The notes under the pieces: generated by a model
Told to the model about the DNA's origin: nothing
What the model saw: the letters and a program-made list of their open reading frames with translations, nothing else
The model's database searches: none
Source: an uncultured virus (IMG/VR IMGVR_UViG_3300017593_001263)
Lineage: Duplodnaviria; Heunggongvirae; Uroviricota; Caudoviricetes
IMG/VR virus record: IMGVR_UViG_3300017593_001263
Strand: one strand, 5' to 3'
DNA length: 20,000 nt
Translations under genes and position numbers: made by a program
Part shown: positions 14,479 to 20,000 of the stretch, piece by piece
Layout: each line of letters starts with the position of its first letter
How positions within the stretch are numbered: the stretch's first letter is position 1

Positions 14479-15782
14479 ACAACATCACCTAAATGTTTTA
14501 TATTCTCATCACTTCCGTTTTTAGTCAATACCCACAGCACTTTTGCGGGTATGTTGATGTGTTGTGGTGCTTTCGTGTGTCCATCCGTGAAACAAACAAT
14601 TAATCGTGTATTTGGTATATTGTTCTCTATATATTCAAAGATGGGAATGTGAGATGTGCCACCACCACCTTTACATTTAGAAATCAATTCTTCTATGTCA
14701 GTATGTGCGTTAAAATCTACTACTTCATGGATAGTGCAATCTGCAAATATCACTTTAGCGTTCACGTTCTCTATGCTTCTTATTATTCCTTGAAGTTCAC
14801 TAAAGAATTCTTTTAAATCTTCATTATCTATTGAGCCAGATGTGTCTATGCTTATCACTAAATAAACATCTTCTTTCAACAATCGAGGTAGATATACACC
14901 CATCGCATAAGATTTTTTTGATGGTTGTGAATACGTGTATCGAGATGGCAAATTGCTCATTACAAACTTATAAAGAATCTGCTTCCAGCTCAATTTAGGT
15001 TCTAAAAGTTCATCAATCATTCTTAACAATTCAGCAGGAATGTTCCCTCTAATTTTAGATTTTGAGTGTTCTAAAGCAACAGATATAAGCTCTTTAACTC
15101 TATTTTCAAACTCTTTTCTCTCATGTTCGTTCATGTCGTTTAAATCATCGTGTTCATCAAACAGTTTTTTCTTAATCTCTTCTATTATCTTTTTCTTTAT
15201 GTCACTTTTACTGTCATCGTTTTGATTTTCGTTTTTATCAGATTGAGAGTCACCGTCACTATTATTGTTATCTTCATTATCGTTATTTTGTGAATCATGC
15301 GTTACTGATATTGTTAATACTGCTATTTCATCTATTTGTTGCATGAGTTCATCATAAATCATTTCAAAAGATTTTTGTGATATGTTCTCTATTCTTATTT
15401 CTTTATCGAAAATCTGTATCGTTATGGAATCGTTGCACGGTATTAATCCATTTTGCGGTAACTTATAGTTGCTCTTAACTATTATGTTGTTTATGATGAT
15501 GTCTTGAGCTATGTTGCATAGCTCTTTATTTCGATTACCTATTCTTCTTATGTGTTCTAAAGCTATGTGTAGAAGTTCGTGTAACAACACTCCTTTTACT
15601 TCATCTTTATCTAAATTCTCTATGAAGTGTTTGTTATACAACAGCTCAAAATCTTTAGTAACTCCTACCGTGCTTATCATGTCCGTTTCCTTAATCTTTA
15701 GATATAGTGATAAGTAACCGAAAAACGGATGTTCAAACATCAATTGTGTCCGTGCCCACTTCAATTTATCTTTAGCGTCCAT
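14466..15782 (-). CDS. HExxH putative metallopeptidase + VWA domain protein (DUF2201-like), 438 aa
   Basis: HPFFG, VLLHELLHIALEH, NIAQDIIIN, acidic/Asn-rich linker, MIDAS IDTSGS, GGGGTS, FTDG; GGTGA RBS. Confidence 0.9.
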   Translation of the reverse strand: MDAKDKLKWARTQLMFEHPFFGYLSLYLKIKETDMISTVGVTKDFELLYNKHFIENLDKDEVKGVLLHELLHIALEHIRRIGNRNKELCNIAQDIIINNIIVKSNYKLPQNGLIPCNDSITIQIFDKEIRIENISQKSFEMIYDELMQQIDEIAVLTISVTHDSQNNDNEDNNNSDGDSQSDKNENQNDDSKSDIKKKIIEEIKKKLFDEHDDLNDMNEHERKEFENRVKELISVALEHSKSKIRGNIPAELLRMIDELLEPKLSWKQILYKFVMSNLPSRYTYSQPSKKSYAMGVYLPRLLKEDVYLVISIDTSGSIDNEDLKEFFSELQGIIRSIENVNAKVIFADCTIHEVVDFNAHTDIEELISKCKGGGGTSHIPIFEYIENNIPNTRLIVCFTDGHTKAPQHINIPAKVLWVLTKNGSDENIKHLGDVVWLK

Positions 15783-15794
15783 TATCTTTCACCT

Positions 15795-16946
15795 TTACAA
15801 CAAATACTTCTTATACTTCTCAAACATTTCATCTGCAAACTTTTCGTTCAAAAACACATGCTCTAATTCTTCATGAGCGTGTTTTCCTATCAATTTGAAC
15901 GTGAAAGCAACGAACTCGGGTTCTATATATTGACACATCATGAGAGCTTTCTTAACTAAATCGAGCTTCTTCTTATTATCAGCGTTCTTAATTCTGTAAA
16001 CTAATTCAGTTAGAATAGAATAAATAAGCTCCTTTTCAGTTATTTCAGCGTTTTCTTTATCTATCTTTTCAGCTACTTTTCGAATCTCTTTAATTTTTTC
16101 GGGTTTTTCTATGTATTCATTTATGTTTATCTTATTGTGTAGTTTAAGATGTGCATAGAATCTTAAAGCAGTAGCTTCACCGACTGCATGTGATACTAAT
16201 TTTTTCACTTTGTTTATGTCTTCCACACCGCTTATCAATTTACTTGCATACTCCCAGCTCCGGGGAGTCGGAAAAGCTTTATCACTCATTTTAGAATCAA
16301 ATTTAAACAGAAACTCATTATTGGATGATATGAATGATACAATTCTTTTATCTATGTTGTGATTAACAGCCCATTCAATCCATTTATCTACTGAAATATC
16401 TAATTCACAATGAATAAATCGATTTTTGAGCGGTGCGGACATCTCAAATATGTTTGCTTTATCTTCTATACGATTACCAGCACTTATTACTAATACATTA
16501 TCTGAAAGTGGTTTTTCACCAACCACTCTATCGAGTATTATTTGATATGCAGAGGATTGGATTGATGGATGAGCCAGATTTAATTCATCAAAAAATAGTA
16601 TTCCGTGTGCTTTCTCATTAGTGAGAATGTCTAAAGCATGAGGTATTTTCCAAACAACCGTGCCGTCTGTCGGAACGGGAATACCCTTCAAATCTGAAGG
16701 TTCAATTTGTGATAATCTGAAATCCACGAGAATAAAGTATTTATCTATGTTGTTTTCAATTTCATTTTTATCTCTTATTTTGTTGTATTCAACATAAGTT
16801 TTATTGAGCTTTTTAGCTATGCGTTTAGCAGTTTCTCTTATAGTTTCACTCTTTCCGATACCCATAGCTCCCCACACGAACAAAGATAGCTTTTTCTCAT
16901 AACACAATTCAATCAGTTCTGAAAGTTCATCGTGTGTCACGTTCAT
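15795..16946 (-). CDS. MoxR-like AAA+ ATPase, 383 aa
   Basis: Walker A GAMGIGKS, DLKGIP, Walker B ILFFDELN, AGN sensor-1, PLKNRF Arg finger, FPTPRSWE sensor-2; adjacent VWA partner. Confidence 0.92.
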   Translation of the reverse strand: MNVTHDELSELIELCYEKKLSLFVWGAMGIGKSETIRETAKRIAKKLNKTYVEYNKIRDKNEIENNIDKYFILVDFRLSQIEPSDLKGIPVPTDGTVVWKIPHALDILTNEKAHGILFFDELNLAHPSIQSSAYQIILDRVVGEKPLSDNVLVISAGNRIEDKANIFEMSAPLKNRFIHCELDISVDKWIEWAVNHNIDKRIVSFISSNNEFLFKFDSKMSDKAFPTPRSWEYASKLISGVEDINKVKKLVSHAVGEATALRFYAHLKLHNKININEYIEKPEKIKEIRKVAEKIDKENAEITEKELIYSILTELVYRIKNADNKKKLDLVKKALMMCQYIEPEFVAFTFKLIGKHAHEELEHVFLNEKFADEMFEKYKKYLL

Positions 16947-16994
16947 GTGTTACCACCTTTCAGTTAATTATCTTTATCATATATTATTAAACAA

Positions 16995-17012
16995 TAATTT
17001 TAAATACTTATG
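16995..17012 (-). promoter_or_regulatory. BRE-TATA promoter for the MoxR-VWA operon
   Basis: TAAGTATTTAAA on the minus strand in the 80-bp intergenic gap, matching the promoters at about 6720 and 875. Confidence 0.6.
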
Positions 17013-17026
17013 TATCAATCGATATA

Positions 17027-17848
17027 TCAACATGCTTTCACTTTCATCAATAGCAACTTCTTCAATATAGTGTCTTTATTGTAGTAATTCAGCTTTTCGA
17101 TAACATCAGCTATCTTATTTATGTCTTCTACATCTTCAATAGTTTCGACAACATTCAGCTTTTCACGTTTAACAGCAAATTTCGAGATATACCTCTTCAT
17201 TTTATAATACAATTCATCTTTATAGTATATTTTATCGTCTAAAAAGAACACGAAATAAAATCTGTCATAGTATTGTTTTTCAACTCTTATCATTATAGCG
17301 TTCTTGAATATAGCATAATCACTTTCGAGAAGTTTATTAATAGTGTCATGATATTTTAACAATTTAGAAACTCTTTTCACTCTCTTTCTAATTTCTTTAA
17401 TAGCAGTCATTTCATCTTCATTTAATATCAGTTCACAGATGTTTGCTATACTGATACAGTTCATTCTATCAATAGTTTCAAGTTCATCATCGTTAAGTTT
17501 AGATAAAACATTCACTATTTTGCTTATCTCATCTTCATGTTCACATTTAATACTCAATCTCATTTTTGTATTGTTTATCGTAACTTCAACAATACGATAT
17601 ATGTTATCTCTTGAAACGTAATAATCTCTTAATTCACACTCATCTAAAGCTATGCGTATCATATCTGAATCAGAAACAGAAGTTATCAAATAATTCAGTA
17701 TTTTCTTATTCTTAATATCTACTCTTAAAATTTCAGTTCCGTAATGATACAAATATAAAACATCATCTACATAATTCGTTTCGTAACTTCTCAATTTGTA
17801 TCCTTTCTTTTTTTCTAATGTTTTCTTAATCAGTTCGTCACGTCGCAT
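17027..17848 (-). CDS. Hypothetical protein, 273 aa (no Pro, no Trp, 2 Gly)
   Basis: Long ORF in AT-rich DNA; GGTGTG RBS; LYLYHYGTEIL motif. Confidence 0.8.
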   Translation of the reverse strand: MRRDELIKKTLEKKKGYKLRSYETNYVDDVLYLYHYGTEILRVDIKNKKILNYLITSVSDSDMIRIALDECELRDYYVSRDNIYRIVEVTINNTKMRLSIKCEHEDEISKIVNVLSKLNDDELETIDRMNCISIANICELILNEDEMTAIKEIRKRVKRVSKLLKYHDTINKLLESDYAIFKNAIMIRVEKQYYDRFYFVFFLDDKIYYKDELYYKMKRYISKFAVKREKLNVVETIEDVEDINKIADVIEKLNYYNKDTILKKLLLMKVKAC

Positions 17849-18507
17849 GTCAACACACCATCACATCTTAATAGTTCAATAACTTCTTCAACAACGTCAT
17901 CAAGATTAGAAACATAAGCTTCACATCCACGCTCATCAAAATGTTCGAGAATGTATACGAGATTTTTAATAGCGTCTGTAATTCTTCTTTCAAGAACATG
18001 TTCTAAACTATAATACTCATTTTGCATAACTCCATACTTTTCATAATACTCCATTTTTGCTTCATGTTCATCGAGCCACTTTTTATTCTCTTCTATTAGT
18101 TCTTCTCTCAATTTCTTTCTATCAGCTTTAACTTCTATAACTATGCTATCGAAACACACTTCTATAAACTCATAATCAAATGATAAATCAACACTATTTA
18201 TAGCTTCTTTTATTTTTTCAGTCATGTAATCATAAGCTTTATCTTGATATTCTGTCGTTAAGACATTAGCGTATGCCATCTTTATATATTCAATTAATTC
18301 AATATCATCTATATTTATATTCACTCTTTCTTTAACTTTTTTTAGTATGTATTCTATTGTGTCGTTATCTAAATAGACATCGTCACTATGAAATATCAAA
18401 TCTTCATTTATTATTCTTAACGTAGCTTTAACATTATCTATTTCATGAAGTTCTATTGTGAGTTCAATTGTTCTTTTAAACTTAATACGTGTGTCTTTTG
18501 TTAACAT
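17830..18507 (-). CDS. Acidic hypothetical protein, 225 aa
   Basis: Long ORF; GAGTGA RBS-like site. Confidence 0.8.
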   Translation of the reverse strand: MLTKDTRIKFKRTIELTIELHEIDNVKATLRIINEDLIFHSDDVYLDNDTIEYILKKVKERVNINIDDIELIEYIKMAYANVLTTEYQDKAYDYMTEKIKEAINSVDLSFDYEFIEVCFDSIVIEVKADRKKLREELIEENKKWLDEHEAKMEYYEKYGVMQNEYYSLEHVLERRITDAIKNLVYILEHFDERGCEAYVSNLDDVVEEVIELLRCDGVLTCDVTN

Positions 18508-18513
18508 ATACTA

Positions 18514-18978
18514 TCACTCTCTTATCTTTTCTAAAAGTTCCATCCTTTCGGTTAAATAATTTTGAAACTCATACAAATAATTTGGAAACTCATAAAGTTC
18601 ATCATCACAATCGAAAATCTGCATAAGCTTTTCATAAGCTCTTTTACATTCAGTATATGCTTTATTAATTTTCTTTTCATCATAAGTATCAAATAATTGT
18701 GAAAATGCTTCTATATCTTCATATTCTGCATAAAATAGAGCGTCACTTACGTGACTTTCAAGAGCATAAAGTAAATCATAATTATCGAGTTCATATTTTC
18801 CTTGACGATAATTATAAACTGAATCATAAAAATAGAAATAGTGTCTATGTTTATCGCACTTAATCATGATTTTGTGTTTCATGCGATAAGCTTTCATTTC
18901 TTCATCATAATAGTGTTCTGATTTAACTACTTTTACTATAATTGTTTTGTTTTTGAAATGTAGTGTGATTTGTGTCAT
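18514..18978 (-). CDS. Hypothetical protein, 154 aa
   Basis: ATGA overlap; GGCGA RBS-like site. Confidence 0.8.
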   Translation of the reverse strand: MTQITLHFKNKTIIVKVVKSEHYYDEEMKAYRMKHKIMIKCDKHRHYFYFYDSVYNYRQGKYELDNYDLLYALESHVSDALFYAEYEDIEAFSQLFDTYDEKKINKAYTECKRAYEKLMQIFDCDDELYEFPNYLYEFQNYLTERMELLEKIRE

Positions 18979-19691
18979 GCTATCGCCTTCTCTATTATTA
19001 TTTTTTTAGAAACGTCTTTCACAAAATCAACATCGTTTATAATTATAGTGTTCGTTGCGTTATCGAAATCAACACAATAGATTTTGTTGTTTTCTGTATC
19101 GAGATAAATAGAATAGCGTCGTGCGTCAAAATACTTAATTAGTTCTTTAGAATTAACTATATTGTCTTTAAGTTTTAGCTCTAAATCTTTATCTCTATAT
19201 ATACGTATTATCGTCACATCTTTATTAAGTTTATTGCACATCTTCTTAATAATCTTTCTGTATTCTGTAATGTCTTCAGCGTTCTTAATTAGTTTGTTGT
19301 TAAAATATCTATCGTTATATTTTGTTTTTACAACATTTATTTCTTTTTTCATGAGTTCTTTAAGCTCTTCAAAACTCATTTTTTCGAGAAGTTTCTTAAC
19401 TATGTTTTTGATTTCACTTAAATTTTGTTTCTTATATGTGTATCTGTTTGATTGATACAAATAAAAAACAAGTGCGTTGTCAAGCTTAACTACATCATAG
19501 TTTAATACAACTTCATAATTTTCATCGAGTTCTTTGTTTGCGATGTTTGTGAGAGCTTTAAGTGTATAGAAGAAATCTAAAACTATGTCGAGTCCTCGAT
19601 TTCTTAAAGTGTATCGATAATAATACATGTTGTAATCAATATATTTTGTGAATCCGAGCTCGATTAATGTTTTGTTTGTTATTTTTTGCAT
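18975..19691 (-). CDS. Hypothetical protein, 238 aa (no Pro, no Trp, 2 Gly)
   Basis: GAGGTGA RBS; long ORF. Confidence 0.8.
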   Translation of the reverse strand: MQKITNKTLIELGFTKYIDYNMYYYRYTLRNRGLDIVLDFFYTLKALTNIANKELDENYEVVLNYDVVKLDNALVFYLYQSNRYTYKKQNLSEIKNIVKKLLEKMSFEELKELMKKEINVVKTKYNDRYFNNKLIKNAEDITEYRKIIKKMCNKLNKDVTIIRIYRDKDLELKLKDNIVNSKELIKYFDARRYSIYLDTENNKIYCVDFDNATNTIIINDVDFVKDVSKKIIIEKAIA

Positions 19692-19700
19692 TTTATCACC

Positions 19701-19799
19701 TCATATTGAAATTTCAAACTCAAACATTATTTTGAGTATATCTTCAATTTCTTCATTACTTAAAGCCATTTCGTGTAAAGCTTTTATGAAATCAGACAT
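19701..19799 (-). CDS. Short acidic peptide, 32 aa (MSDFIKALHEMALSNEEIEDILKIMFEFEISI)
   Basis: Not in the ORF track; GGGTGA RBS; fills the gap. Confidence 0.55.
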   Translation of the reverse strand: MSDFIKALHEMALSNEEIEDILKIMFEFEISI

Positions 19800-19812
19800 T
19801 TTATCACCCTTT

Positions 19813-19983
19813 TTAATTGTTTTCTTGAGCATTAAGTTTAAATTCATCAAAAGTTATAAAATATGAAATTAAAGTTTTGATTTCATCTTCAGTTAAATTT
19901 TTTGCAGTTTGATACTCAAAATAATCTAATTCTAAATTTTGCATGATTTTTTCAATTAAATTTCGTATTTTCTTTAACATCAT
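19813..19983 (-). CDS. Small hypothetical protein, 56 aa (MMLKKIRNLIEKIMQNLELDYFEYQ...)
   Basis: Not in the ORF track; AAGGTG RBS. Confidence 0.6.
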   Translation of the reverse strand: MMLKKIRNLIEKIMQNLELDYFEYQTAKNLTEDEIKTLISYFITFDEFKLNAQENN

Positions 19984-20000
19984 ATTGACACCTTATTTAT

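Larger units (their letters stand above)
1..20000. mobile_element. Segment of an archaeal virus (or virus-like/plasmid) genome, probably infecting a thermophilic euryarchaeon
   Basis: Tightly packed short orphan ORFs with overlapping stop/start codons, GGTGA/GGAGGTG RBSs, TTTAAA TATA boxes, Alba, PriS-like AEP, MoxR/VWA pair and no cellular housekeeping genes. No virion hallmark gene is present in the window, so virus versus plasmid is an inference. Confidence 0.8.

Noticed and set aside
15205..15300. Asn/Asp/Ser low-complexity stretch in the VWA gene
   Set aside because: Ordinary disordered linker typical of this protein family; no DNA-level repeat unit
272..19866. Antisense/shadow ORFs in the track (e.g. 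272-490, 1998-2285, 4551-4853, 7463-7828, 12235-12636, 12845-13309, 19162-19455)
   Set aside because: They lie opposite better-supported genes, lack RBS/promoters and have the Ser/Phe/Ile-rich composition typical of the reverse complement of E/K-rich genes

Overview
This is a gene-dense, AT-rich segment of what is most likely an archaeal virus (or virus-like element) of a thermophilic euryarchaeon. The evidence is GGAGGTG/GGTGA ribosome-binding sites, BRE-TATA (A-rich + TTTAAA) promoters with leaderless starts, an Alba homologue, a PriS-like primase, many short orphan ORFs and no housekeeping genes. The left part (1-8.7 kb) has genes on both strands: Alba, several HTH/wHTH/Myb-like regulators, a two-domain AEP primase with a GC-rich hairpin in its linker, and a basic protein with a distinct codon bias. 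The middle (8.6-10.2 kb) is an origin-like region with TGCGACAA repeats, two perfect inverted repeats and an AAA+ ATPase-HTH gene. The right part (10.2-20 kb) is a co-directional minus-strand, early-type array containing four Zn-ribbon paralogues, a MoxR-type AAA+ / HExxH-VWA pair and many orphans. Two signals stand out. Eleven proteins of the array, from about 8 unrelated families, share a C-terminal [KR]xxhhx[KR]h motif. The last 3 kb is strongly depleted of CC/GG dinucleotides, and therefore of Pro, Gly and Trp. No capsid, terminase, integrase, tRNA/rRNA or CRISPR array was recognised. All counts are manual and all family assignments come from motif recognition, not database searches.
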